From an uncultured Candidatus Saccharibacteria bacterium (GTDB lineage: Bacteria; Patescibacteriota; Minisyncoccia; Phycocordibacterales; UBA9973): a DNA stretch of 38,326 bases. The stretch's first letter is position 1; every line of letters starts with the position of its first letter. This document shows positions 7,733 through 17,715 of the stretch, piece by piece. The notes under the pieces were generated by a model. The model made no database searches. It saw only the letters and a list, made by a program, of their open reading frames with translations, and was not told where the DNA came from. The stretch is taken from the NCBI GenBank assembly GCA_964484865.1, contig CAZAFG010000001.1, positions 24,804-63,129 of the forward strand, given 5' to 3'. A program made the position numbers and the translations under genes.

Positions 7733-8179
7733 TTATTTTCTATATTTTTTAGTTTTCCACTTATCTGCGATTTTTACTCGAGTAAGTGATCGTTCAAGCT
7801 CAGCTTCAAAGTGTTCGAAATCCACAGCTCCTTTATCTTCCATTTGTTTCTTAAGCTCTTCACTTTTAGCACGAGCATTAGCTATGGCGTCGTCTGTAAG
7901 ATCGGCAACATGCTCAGCAAAGTCTGCAAGTACTGCAACTTCAGTATTGCCATCCACTCCAGTCTTTACTTCTACGAATCCGCCAGAAACAACGAAAGGT
8001 ACAGATTCACCTCCGGACATGGCCACAATGTCGCCAGACTTAAGCCCAACGATTACTGGAATATGCTCCGGCAAGATAGTTATCTCACCTTCCAAGGTCG
8101 GCAAAGTGACTTGGTCTACAATTTCTTCTAGAACAAGTTTCTCTGGAGTTATTATTTTTAAATTTATTTTTTTTGCCAT
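7733..8179 (-). CDS. atpC: F1 ATP synthase subunit epsilon
   Basis: LKIITPEKLVLEEIVDQVTLPTLEGEITILPEHIPVI is the epsilon N-terminal beta-sandwich signature. It is the last gene of the atp operon. Confidence 0.9.
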   Translation of the reverse strand: MAKKINLKIITPEKLVLEEIVDQVTLPTLEGEITILPEHIPVIVGLKSGDIVAMSGGESVPFVVSGGFVEVKTGVDGNTEVAVLADFAEHVADLTDDAIANARAKSEELKKQMEDKGAVDFEHFEAELERSLTRVKIADKWKTKKYRK

Positions 8180-8188
8180 AATTGCAAA

Positions 8189-9568
<1,380 letters not shown>

Positions 9569-9579
9569 TTAATAATAAT

Positions 9580-10479
9580 TTAAGTTAACGAAACCATTCC
9601 AGCCGAAATTTCACTTATCTCCTGCGTAATACCGGCTTGTCGGGCTTTGTTAAATACTAATGTCAGATCATCTATCATTTCTCCTGATGCTTCACTCGCG
9701 TTCTTCATGGCCACCATTCTCGCTGACTGCTCTGAGGCATTACTCTCGAGCATCATCTGATATATCTGCATGCGAGTTAGTTTACGAGCGAGACTACCAA
9801 TGAGAGCACTGACATCTCCTTCAAAAGTATAATCAATTTTTTTAGAAACCTTATCTTGAGCAGTAGTTTCTGTCGGTGTAAGTTCAGCAATTAATTCCTT
9901 GATAGCTTCTTTAGATACTGGCAAGATTTGTTTTACATTTGCCTTCTGAGAAAGTGCAGAAACATAATCTGTATAAACTGCGACAACTTTGTCGTAAGTG
10001 CCTTTAGTGTATTCATCTGTCAGCAACTTTGCGACTGGTAGAATATCGCGAGTAGAAATATTGTCTGGAAGTTCTAGAAAGCTCGCGATGACATTCTTAC
10101 CGATTCGGCGCATACCAGCATCGCCTTTTTTTCCGATAGTCAAAACATCAACATTTCCACTTTCGCTCTTCAAAAACTGAAGAGCTTTTTTTATTACTTG
10201 TGCATTGTATGCTCCACATAGTCCACGGTTGGAAGTAATCAACACAAGTAAAGTATTCTTTACTTCTCTTTGCACAAAAAGCGGATGAGTTATCTCTTGT
10301 GTACTGTTGGCAATAGAAGTCAAAATATCCCAAGAGTATTCGGCATAAACTCGAGAAGCTAAAGTACTAGAAACCGCGCGCTTCATCTTTGATGCAGCTA
10401 CTAGCTCCATAGCTTTGGTGATCTTCTTGGTGTTCTTCACACTCTTTATTCGGTTTTTAATTGCCTTACTATTTGCCAT
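9580..10479 (-). CDS. atpG: F1 ATP synthase subunit gamma
   Basis: N-terminal IKNRIKSVKNTKKITKAMELVAASKMKRA and C-terminal ARQAGITQEISEI are gamma signatures. Confidence 0.95.
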   Translation of the reverse strand: MANSKAIKNRIKSVKNTKKITKAMELVAASKMKRAVSSTLASRVYAEYSWDILTSIANSTQEITHPLFVQREVKNTLLVLITSNRGLCGAYNAQVIKKALQFLKSESGNVDVLTIGKKGDAGMRRIGKNVIASFLELPDNISTRDILPVAKLLTDEYTKGTYDKVVAVYTDYVSALSQKANVKQILPVSKEAIKELIAELTPTETTAQDKVSKKIDYTFEGDVSALIGSLARKLTRMQIYQMMLESNASEQSARMVAMKNASEASGEMIDDLTLVFNKARQAGITQEISEISAGMVSLT

Positions 10480-10491
10480 AAAAACTAATTT

Positions 10492-11991
10492 TTATTTCAC
10501 GAAACTTGTCTTAAAGTCTGCAATTGCTTTTTTAAGTTCTTCTTCGCCTTTATCAGTCCACATTTTCTCAGTTGAGATTTCTTTATAGAACGACTTTGCA
10601 TTTCGCTCAGAATATTCGATAAGCCCCGCTTCAAATTCTTTAATCTTCTCAACCGCGATATCATCCATGTGTCCCTTCACGAGAGCGTAGAGGGAAACTA
10701 CTTGGTGCTCAGTCTTCATAGGAGAGTATTGAAGCTGTTTTAGGAGCTCTACAGAGCGTTTACCGCGCTCTAGTTGGCGCTTGGTAGCATCATCTAAGTC
10801 TGACCCGAACTGTGCGAAAGCTTCGAGTTCTCGGTACTGAGCCATTTCAAGTTTCAAAGGTCCGGCCACTTTTTTCATAGCCTTAATCTGAGCAGATGAA
10901 CCCACGCGAGACACTGATGAGCCCACATTCACCGCCGGGCGAATACCTTTGTAGAAAAGATCAGTTTCCAAGAAAATTTGTCCGTCTGTGATAGAAATAA
11001 CATTCGTAGGAATGTATGCAGAGATGTCTCCAGCTTGAGTTTCAATAATTGGAAAAGCAGTGATAGATCCTCCACCGTATTCTTTATTTTTTCGGCAAGC
11101 TCTTTCAAGTAATCTGGAGTGCAAGTAGAAAACATCTCCAGGGTAAGCTTCACGACCTGGAGGTCGGCGAAGAAGAAGAGAAATTTCTCGGTATGCCACA
11201 GCGTGTTTAGAAAGATCGTCGTAGATTATCAAAACATCTTTACCTTGATCCATGAAGTATTCAGCAATAGATACTCCGGTATACGGCGCGATGTAAGACA
11301 TAGGTGCTGGTTCAGATGCTCCAGCAGATACGATGACAGTGTAAGCCATGGCACCGCCTGCTTCGAGTCGAGCTTGAATTTTTCGGAGCTTGGAATCTTT
11401 CTGTCCGATTGAAACATACACACAGATCATATCTTGACCCTTTTGATTTAAAATAGCATCGATAGCAATAGCAGTCTTTCCAGTCTGACGATCACCGATG
11501 ATAAGTTCTCGTTGACCACGGCCAACAGGAATAATCGCATCGATAACTTTAATACCGGTTGCAACTGGCTGGTCCACAGATTGACGAGTCACCACTCCAG
11601 AGGCTACTCGCTCGATAGGATAAGCCTTATCAGCTTTTATAGCACCCTTGCCATCGATAGGTACGCCGGTCGCACTGACTACCCGCCCTATGATTGCATC
11701 GGACACAGGTACTTCCAAAATCTTACCAGTAGATTTCACCTCATCCCCTTCTTTGATTTTAGAAAAGTCTCCAAGAATGATGACACCCACTGCATCTTCT
11801 TCAAGGTTTAGAGCAACACCCACTTCTCCGTTGGCGAAAGTCACCATTTCAGATGACTTCACATCAGAAAGTCCTGAAACTTTCGCAATACCGTCAAAAA
11901 CTTCAAGCACAGAGCCCACTTTTTCTACTTGGACACTAGCATTAAAGTTTTCTATTTCTCTTTTTAAGTTTTCTACTATTGTGTTGCTCAT
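10492..11991 (-). CDS. atpA: F1 ATP synthase subunit alpha
   Basis: Contains Walker [14 protein letters not shown], plus [42 protein letters not shown]. Confidence 0.97.
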   Translation of the reverse strand: MSNTIVENLKREIENFNASVQVEKVGSVLEVFDGIAKVSGLSDVKSSEMVTFANGEVGVALNLEEDAVGVIILGDFSKIKEGDEVKSTGKILEVPVSDAIIGRVVSATGVPIDGKGAIKADKAYPIERVASGVVTRQSVDQPVATGIKVIDAIIPVGRGQRELIIGDRQTGKTAIAIDAILNQKGQDMICVYVSIGQKDSKLRKIQARLEAGGAMAYTVIVSAGASEPAPMSYIAPYTGVSIAEYFMDQGKDVLIIYDDLSKHAVAYREISLLLRRPPGREAYPGDVFYLHSRLLERACRKNKEYGGGSITAFPIIETQAGDISAYIPTNVISITDGQIFLETDLFYKGIRPAVNVGSSVSRVGSSAQIKAMKKVAGPLKLEMAQYRELEAFAQFGSDLDDATKRQLERGKRSVELLKQLQYSPMKTEHQVVSLYALVKGHMDDIAVEKIKEFEAGLIEYSERNAKSFYKEISTEKMWTDKGEEELKKAIADFKTSFVK

Positions 11992-11994
11992 AAT

Positions 11995-12402
11995 TTATAC
12001 GCTTATTAAATATTCTTGTAATTGGGTGATTTTGTTTTTAAGGGTAAGGTCTATAACTTCATTGTTCACTTCTATTCTCATGCCTCCTAGTAACTTTTCA
12101 TGATGCTCTTCGATAACTTGTATTTCCTTGGCCTGATACTTGTGAAGTAATTCTTTCTTGATGTCGTGCATAGCGTGATCTCCGATTTTCGTTGCACTTT
12201 TGATTTTTACTTTAATTCTTCCTTCAGATTGATCAATGATATCGCCAAGCTCAGTAAGAATATACGGAGATTTCGAGAGTAAGCGCTTGCGAGCCAAGAA
12301 TTTAGTGGCATCCTTCAAACCTTGAGCAAGCTCAGAACCTGACTTTCCTTGGAGAGTCAGGTAGATTGCAGAAGCTATGTCTTTGTTTGAAATTTTTGCC
12401 AT
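11995..12402 (-). CDS. atpH: ATP synthase subunit delta (OSCP), short form
   Basis: Position between atpF and atpA. The C-terminal LLGGMRIEVNNEVIDLTLKNKITQL matches the delta C-terminal motif. It is only 135 aa. Confidence 0.8.
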   Translation of the reverse strand: MAKISNKDIASAIYLTLQGKSGSELAQGLKDATKFLARKRLLSKSPYILTELGDIIDQSEGRIKVKIKSATKIGDHAMHDIKKELLHKYQAKEIQVIEEHHEKLLGGMRIEVNNEVIDLTLKNKITQLQEYLISV

Positions 12403-12406
12403 CTCT

Positions 12407-12898
12407 TTATATATTGTTCAATTCTTTCACCACCTTATCCTCATAAGACTTATCTACTGATGATCCTAGGAGTTTCTCGGAAGTTTTCACCACCAAGTCA
12501 ACGATTTCTTTTTTAGCATCATTCACCATCTTGGTTTTTTCTTGTTCCAAAGTCTTTTTCCCAGCATCAATCATAGCTGTGACTTCATCTTTGGCCTTGG
12601 CGAGCATTTCTTCTCGCTTCTTATTAGCTTCTTTTTTACTTTCATCAAAGATGGCGCTGGCTTCTACTCGAGCTTTAGTCAAAGCAGACTCATACTCCGT
12701 CTTGGTTGCCTTTAAAAGCTCTTCGTTTGTCTTAGCATTCGTTAACCCACCTTCAATTTCGTCGGTTCTGTCTTTCATAAGCTTGCTCAAAGGTTTAGCA
12801 GCTAAAAAATAAAATACAGCAAAAACTATACCGAAGTTTACGGCCTGCGAAAGCATCAGCATCCAATCTATGTGAAATGTTTTTACGAATTCGTCCAT
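12407..12898 (-). CDS. atpF: Fo ATP synthase subunit b
   Basis: One N-terminal TM followed by a long charged helix (KKEANKKREEMLAKAKDEV...). Operon position fits. Confidence 0.9.
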   Translation of the reverse strand: MDEFVKTFHIDWMLMLSQAVNFGIVFAVFYFLAAKPLSKLMKDRTDEIEGGLTNAKTNEELLKATKTEYESALTKARVEASAIFDESKKEANKKREEMLAKAKDEVTAMIDAGKKTLEQEKTKMVNDAKKEIVDLVVKTSEKLLGSSVDKSYEDKVVKELNNI

Positions 12899-12912
12899 AA
12901 TTTTTATACTTT

Positions 12913-12951
12913 AAGGACAGTCCTTAAGAGAGTTTCCCAAGGACTGTCCTT
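12913..12951 (-). promoter_or_regulatory. Intercistronic 13-bp perfect stem-loop between atpE and atpF
   Basis: AAGGACAGTCCTT (12913-12925) pairs with AAGGACTGTCCTT (12939-12951) around a 13-nt loop. It lies directly 3' of the c-subunit stop on the mRNA. Confidence 0.8.
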
Positions 12952-12957
12952 GGTAGT

Positions 12958-13236
<279 letters not shown>

Positions 13237-13272
13237 CTAAACTAATAATTTTTCGACTAACTTTATAATAAT

Positions 13273-14169
13273 TTAAACCTTAACCAACTCTTCACCATGA
13301 CTGTGTTCATGCTCGTCATGCTCACTGTGATCTTGCGATGCGATCGTGAAGTACACAGTTGCAAGAAGTGAAAAGATGAGCGCCTGGATAAGTCCGATAA
13401 AAACTTCGAGGAATAGGAATGGTCCAGGGAGAATATACGCAAAGATTGCCGCCATTGAGGCGAGCAAAACTTCTCCTGCAAACACATTTCCGAATAATCG
13501 GAATGAGAGAGATGCAATTTTTGCAAATTCTCCGATAAGCTCCAAAATCCCCACAAAGAAGGTTATGGGCGCCACAATCAAAATACTAGGGTCTTTCCTC
13601 ACTTTAGTGAAGATAGATCCAAGTACACTTACATTAACATATTTATTGAAGGTTTTCCAAGCGCCGATAGCGATAATTCCAAAGATGTTTGAGCCGATAA
13701 CCATAGCTATGGATAGAGCCAAAGTAGTGTTAATATCCGCAGTTCCTGCTCGAAACAACGGTAAAAACACTTGGTGACCATCTTCTACTGCGTAAAAACC
13801 GACAGAACCAACTATCGGGAGTAGTCCCAGCCAGTTGTTGATGAGAATAAAGACAAAAAGTGATAATACTAGCGGAAAAATTTTATTTGTTATCTTTCTG
13901 TCGTTGGTAACTTGGTCTACCAAAGAAATTGCACCTCCTAAAAGTAATTCAAAAATATGTTGGATCTTGCCAGGAATTTTTTTAAGACTTAATCGTAGGG
14001 CTACGCAAAGAACGATAATGACTAAAACTGCGAGCCAAGAATTTAAAAGTGAATTTGTGATTTGAAATTTGCCGATATGAAAAATCGGCTCGGCGTAGAT
14101 AGTCACTTCGTGTGCCACCTCCTCGTGAGCTTCTTCAATATTATTTTCTGTATGATTCTCTGTTGCCAT
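13273..14169 (-). CDS. atpB: Fo ATP synthase subunit a
   Basis: Multi-TM protein with the conserved LSFRLFGNVFAGE arginine motif. Both termini are His/acidic-rich. Confidence 0.95.
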   Translation of the reverse strand: MATENHTENNIEEAHEEVAHEVTIYAEPIFHIGKFQITNSLLNSWLAVLVIIVLCVALRLSLKKIPGKIQHIFELLLGGAISLVDQVTNDRKITNKIFPLVLSLFVFILINNWLGLLPIVGSVGFYAVEDGHQVFLPLFRAGTADINTTLALSIAMVIGSNIFGIIAIGAWKTFNKYVNVSVLGSIFTKVRKDPSILIVAPITFFVGILELIGEFAKIASLSFRLFGNVFAGEVLLASMAAIFAYILPGPFLFLEVFIGLIQALIFSLLATVYFTIASQDHSEHDEHEHSHGEELVKV

Positions 14170-14172
14170 AAA

Positions 14173-14382
14173 TTATTTTAATGTCTTTTGATATATTTTA
14201 ATTTCTCGATAAATTCCGTATATAGAAATCAGAAACGCTGGTATCAGTAAAAGCTTGTTTCCAATCAGCATAGCTATAACCACCGGCCCAGCGATCCACC
14301 CTGTGATCTTGGCATAAAACGCCAAAACCGGCCGTAGCCATTTATAATCCTCTCTCTTGACTTGTTTTTTCTCTTCTTCCAC
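14173..14382 (-). CDS. AtpZ/AtpI-like small membrane protein (tentative)
   Basis: 69-aa two-TM ORF starting with GTG, 3 nt upstream of atpB in the usual atpI/atpZ position. It begins 7 nt after the tRNA-Ile discriminator base. Confidence 0.5.
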   Translation of the reverse strand: MEEEKKQVKREDYKWLRPVLAFYAKITGWIAGPVVIAMLIGNKLLLIPAFLISIYGIYREIKIYQKTLK

Positions 14383-14389
14383 AGGTGGG

Positions 14390-14461
14390 TGAGCGTGGAT
14401 GGAATCGGACCATCGACCTCTGTCTTATCAGGACAGCGTTCTACCACTGAACTACACGCTC
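14390..14461 (-). tRNA. tRNA-Ile (anticodon GAT)
   Basis: My fold of the reverse complement is GAGCGTG-TA-GTTC-AGTGGTA-GAAC-G-CTGTC-CTGATAA-GACAG-AGGTC-GATGG-TCCGATT-CCATC-CACGCTC-A. This is a full cloverleaf of 72 nt. CCA is not encoded (ACCCA follows). The T-loop has C where U55 is expected. Confidence 0.9.
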
Positions 14462-14476
14462 ATTTCTAATTCAAAA

Positions 14477-14485
14477 ACTATATCA
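14477..14485 (-). promoter_or_regulatory. Extended -10 box upstream of tRNA-Ile/atp operon
   Basis: Minus strand reads TGA-TATAGT about 15 nt upstream of the tRNA 5' end, just after the rbp terminator. Confidence 0.45.
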
Positions 14486-14506
14486 AAAAAACCTAACATC
14501 TGCAAA

Positions 14507-14546
14507 CAAAAAAGCACCTCCTGATTTCTCAAGAAGTGCTTTTTTG
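14507..14546 (-). terminator. Rho-independent terminator of the RRM gene (bidirectional shape)
   Basis: AAAAAGCACcTCc...gAAGTGCTTTTTT. The stem has mismatches and is flanked by an A-run and a T-run. Confidence 0.6.
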
Positions 14547-14560
14547 TTAGAGCCAGAGAA

Positions 14561-14866
14561 TTAGTATTCTCGGCGACCACCGTATCCACCACCACCGTTT
14601 TGTCGTGGAGGACGAGCTTCCATAGGTCGAGCTTCGTTTACAGTCAGCTTTCGGCCATCAAATTCCTTGTCATGGAACATAGAGATAGCACTTTGTGCTT
14701 CCTCGTCTGAACTCATTTCAACGAATCCGAAACCTTTTGAGCGACCGGACATCTTGTCCATGATAATCACAGCAGATGTAACATTACCTGCTTGTGCGAA
14801 GTGCTCGCGTAGAGCTTCTTCGTTAGTTGAGTAAGGGAGTCCCCCTACATATAGCTTTGTAGCCAT
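14561..14866 (-). CDS. RRM-type RNA-binding protein with Gly/Arg-rich tail
   Basis: Contains RNP2 LYVGGL and RNP1 KGFGFVEM, with C-terminal RQNGGGGYGGRREY. Confidence 0.92.
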   Translation of the reverse strand: MATKLYVGGLPYSTNEEALREHFAQAGNVTSAVIIMDKMSGRSKGFGFVEMSSDEEAQSAISMFHDKEFDGRKLTVNEARPMEARPPRQNGGGGYGGRREY

Positions 14867-15087
14867 ACTTTATACTTCTTCCTTTTTTCCTAAAAAGGAC
14901 AAAAACTTATTATAATGCTCGGACTTCGCGTCTCGAGCGTAGAAACCCTCGTCGTAAGTCTTGTACGAAGCCTAAAGGCTCACATGAAAACTAAACACCT
15001 ATGGAGAAACTACGCAAAAAGTATAACACACAAGCACCAAAAAGCAACAAATGGTTTTCCATCAGGTGCCTATAAAGCCCATAAATA

Positions 15088-15147
15088 TTATTTCTTCTTC
15101 TTTGGTTTCTTAACTTCTTTTCTTCTACTATTGTTTCCTTTTGCCAT
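15088..15147 (-). CDS. Candidate leaderless 19-aa basic micro-ORF (MAKGNNSRRKEVKKPKKKK)
   Basis: My translation; the ORF is too short for the track. Its ATG lies 8 nt after TGC-TATAAT, the same spacing as at many bona fide genes here. There is no other support. Confidence 0.3.
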   Translation of the reverse strand: MAKGNNSRRKEVKKPKKKK

Positions 15148-15155
15148 ATATAAAT

Positions 15156-15164
15156 ATTATAGCA
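15156..15164 (-). promoter_or_regulatory. Extended -10 box in the ABC-F/RRM intergenic region
   Basis: Minus strand reads TGC-TATAAT with a possible TTGTTT -35 18 nt upstream. It drives the micro-ORF and possibly a long leader toward the RRM gene. Confidence 0.5.
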
Positions 15165-15241
15165 ATAAGCGAGGAGCATAAACAAGCTTGTTTGTTTAAT
15201 GTCCGAGTACCATTGCTATATGGTAATCCATATAACACGAA

Positions 15242-16732
15242 TTATTTTTCTAAATCAAAAGTCTCATCGATTCGAATTTGGCTTACGAATTCTGGCACAT
15301 GGGATACCAAGATCATAGCTCCTTCGTACTGATCTAGGGCTTTCGCTATCACTGGCAAATGTCTAAAGTTTATATGGTTTGTCGGCTCGTCTAAGATGAG
15401 AAGTCCTGGGCGTTCTAGAACTAATGTCGCAAATGCTACTAATCCCTTTTGCCCTTCTGATAGGCTGCCTATTTTAGTATTGATAACATCTGAAGTGATA
15501 AGGAAACTCGCCGCAACAGAGCGCAGATATTCTTCGTCAATCCTGCCAGTGTTCGCGAGTAAAACTTTGCGAAGTGATCCTAGTACTGTATCTTCAAAAT
15601 CAAGTGTCGAAAAGTCTTGGCGGTAGTAGCCGACTTTTATACCTGGAGCTATCACTGAACCTTTGGCTGTACCTCGAGCTAGAGATTCCAAGAGTGTGGT
15701 CTTGCCGATACCGTTTGGACCTGATAGCAATAAATGAGTTTTTTTCTTGAGTGAAATTTCTGCTTTTCTTTCTACAATCTTGTGTGTTTTAGGACTGACC
15801 ACAGAAAAAGATTTTATATTTACAATTTCACCCTGGAGATCTGGCTGGCATGGAATCACGAAAGGTCGAATCGTTTTGTCCTCTTTGCGCACATCCACCA
15901 TCTCATCCTCGAGCTCTTCAGCTTTTTCTCGCATTCTACGAGCTACTAATCGCAGTCCTCCACCCTTGTGAGCAAAGACATTGGCTTGGTCTTTCTTGGC
16001 CTGGATTTCTTTAGCTAGTTGAGCATTCTTGGCATTCTCTCGCTCCACTCGAGCTGTGATATCTTTCAACACATTCTTGTAGTTACCAGCGTATTGCTCG
16101 ACTTTCAAAGTATGAATATCTAGATATAGCACACCATCTGAAAAGGCATTTAAAAATTCTGCATCGTGCGAAATAACCATCACAGTTTTTGGATAGTTCA
16201 CTAAAAAATCTGTCAGGTGAGCGATACCGGCTTTATCCAAATTGTTTGTTGGCTCATCAAGTAGTAATAAATCTGGATCTTGAATCAAAGCTGAAGCGAG
16301 CAATATTCGCGCTTGCTGACCGCCAGAGAAAGTTTTCAAAACTCGATCATGAACTTTGTCGTGACCTACCAGATTCACCACCTCCAAGACATCATCAATC
16401 TTCGGATCTATATCGTATATTTTTTTGTCAGTAACGGCGAGCATGGCTTTCTCAAAAAATTCTCGCACAGTGAGCTCTAGGTCTGGTCTCGGAATTACTT
16501 GTCTAGAAATTGCAATACTCAAATTTTTATCAGTGACGACTGTACCGGATTCTGGCTCGAGCGCTTTGGTGATAAGTCCAAAGATAGTACTTTTACCAGC
16601 ACCATTTTGTCCCATGATAGTAACCTTGGACCCACGACGCAGAGAAAAAGAAACCTCATCTAAGATAGGCTTGTTGTGTCCGTATTCAAAAGAAACGGAT
16701 TCAAATCTAAGTATTGTTTCTCCTTTTGCCAT
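15242..16732 (-). CDS. ABC-F family ATPase (two ABC domains, no TM domain)
   Basis: Two Walker A motifs (GQNGAGKST, GPNGIGKTT), two signature motifs (FSGGQQ, LSEGQKG) and a charged inter-domain linker. Length is 496 aa. Confidence 0.9.
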   Translation of the reverse strand: MAKGETILRFESVSFEYGHNKPILDEVSFSLRRGSKVTIMGQNGAGKSTIFGLITKALEPESGTVVTDKNLSIAISRQVIPRPDLELTVREFFEKAMLAVTDKKIYDIDPKIDDVLEVVNLVGHDKVHDRVLKTFSGGQQARILLASALIQDPDLLLLDEPTNNLDKAGIAHLTDFLVNYPKTVMVISHDAEFLNAFSDGVLYLDIHTLKVEQYAGNYKNVLKDITARVERENAKNAQLAKEIQAKKDQANVFAHKGGGLRLVARRMREKAEELEDEMVDVRKEDKTIRPFVIPCQPDLQGEIVNIKSFSVVSPKTHKIVERKAEISLKKKTHLLLSGPNGIGKTTLLESLARGTAKGSVIAPGIKVGYYRQDFSTLDFEDTVLGSLRKVLLANTGRIDEEYLRSVAASFLITSDVINTKIGSLSEGQKGLVAFATLVLERPGLLILDEPTNHINFRHLPVIAKALDQYEGAMILVSHVPEFVSQIRIDETFDLEK

Positions 16733-16766
16733 AGAATATTTACTTTACATTAATTTTGACTAAATA

Positions 16767-16794
16767 GAAAGACCATCATCGCTGATGGTCTTTC
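16767..16794. terminator. Perfect 12-bp hairpin between the acidic-repeat gene and ABC-F
   Basis: GAAAGACCATCA-tcgc-TGATGGTCTTTC. The U-tract is weak on both strands. Confidence 0.5.
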
Positions 16795-16808
16795 TCGAAA
16801 TTATTTAA

Positions 16809-17633
16809 TTAATTTCCATGTCCACTATTGTCGTCATCTTCACTGTCATCATCCTCCTCGTCATCATCGTGCCCATCATTATCATCATCGCTATCCTTGT
16901 CATCATTCTTTCCATCATTGTCATCGTCCATATCATCGTCATTGTCTTTACCATCATTGTCAGAATCATGCGGACTAGAATCCTTCCTATCATCTATACC
17001 GTCGTCGTCGTCATCGTGGTCTCGTGTATCTCGAATACCATCATTATCGAAATCATCATCATGACTATCATTCACATCTAATATGCCGTCTCCATCATCA
17101 TCAGTATCGGTCGCATCAGGTATATCATCGTTGTCATGATCTTTTGATTTTCCAGATTCATTCACATCTAAAATTCCATCATTATCATCGTCAGCATCTT
17201 CAACATCTAAAATTCCATCATGATCAAAGTCTATAGTAGCCTGAACTACTTTTTGCCTCCACTCACGAACTATATTTGCATTAATTACAAAACTTCCATC
17301 TGTTGAAATTACACCTTGTACTCCCACAAAATCTCCATCTTGAAAATCAGCAATAACATTGCCTACGCTCATCAGTTTTGTAGCTGTTGATATATTTACT
17401 TCCCAGCTACCACCCCAGCTCTTTACTTTTATTGAGTCAGCACTAGGTGCACCAACTACAATACCTCTCATGAGCACAGTCCCTTTTGGTCCAATATTAA
17501 CCATCATCGGACTTGGATCTCCTTTAGAAAAAGATCCGGAACCAGAATTGATTGATTCTGCAAATGTTTTAATTCCAACTGTACCAAAAACTAAAAGTGC
17601 TATCGCGAAAAATATAATTGAATATTTCTTCAT
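16809..17633 (-). CDS. Secreted protein: beta-rich N-domain plus thrombospondin type-3-like acidic Ca-binding repeats
   Basis: Signal peptide MKKYSIIFFAIALLVFGTVGIKTFA. The C-terminal half contains about 8 DxDxDGxxD-like units (DHDGILDVEDADDDNDGILDV...DDDGDGILDVND...DNDGIRDTRD...). Confidence 0.85.
   Translation of the reverse strand: MKKYSIIFFAIALLVFGTVGIKTFAESINSGSGSFSKGDPSPMMVNIGPKGTVLMRGIVVGAPSADSIKVKSWGGSWEVNISTATKLMSVGNVIADFQDGDFVGVQGVISTDGSFVINANIVREWRQKVVQATIDFDHDGILDVEDADDDNDGILDVNESGKSKDHDNDDIPDATDTDDDGDGILDVNDSHDDDFDNDGIRDTRDHDDDDDGIDDRKDSSPHDSDNDGKDNDDDMDDDNDGKNDDKDSDDDNDGHDDDEEDDDSEDDDNSGHGN
16812..17231. repeat. Low-complexity GAY-codon (Asp) rich coding repeat region
   Basis: Runs of gtcatc/atcatc on the plus strand. 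They generate four spurious overlapping ORFs in other frames and on the other strand. Confidence 0.75.
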
Positions 17634-17715
17634 AATTTAATTTTTAAGTTACTAATAAGTGACTACAAAAAATGACTAAAATTTAATAGTCTACACTTAT
17701 ATTGTAGCACGAGTT

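Noticed and set aside
14915-15185. 88-aa plus-strand and 64-aa minus-strand ORFs in the ABC-F/RRM intergenic gap.
   Set aside because: They overlap each other, have odd composition (FFFF, LLLL runs), and have no promoter-start spacing signature. Only the 19-aa micro-ORF has that signature.
16805-17236. Four ORFs (16805..16993 on the minus strand; 16818..17081, 16828..17064 and 17024..17236 on the plus strand) with poly-Ile/Ser/His/Met composition.
   Set aside because: They are artefacts of the GAY-codon repeat read in other frames and on the other strand. The Asp-rich frame carries the signal peptide and domain logic.
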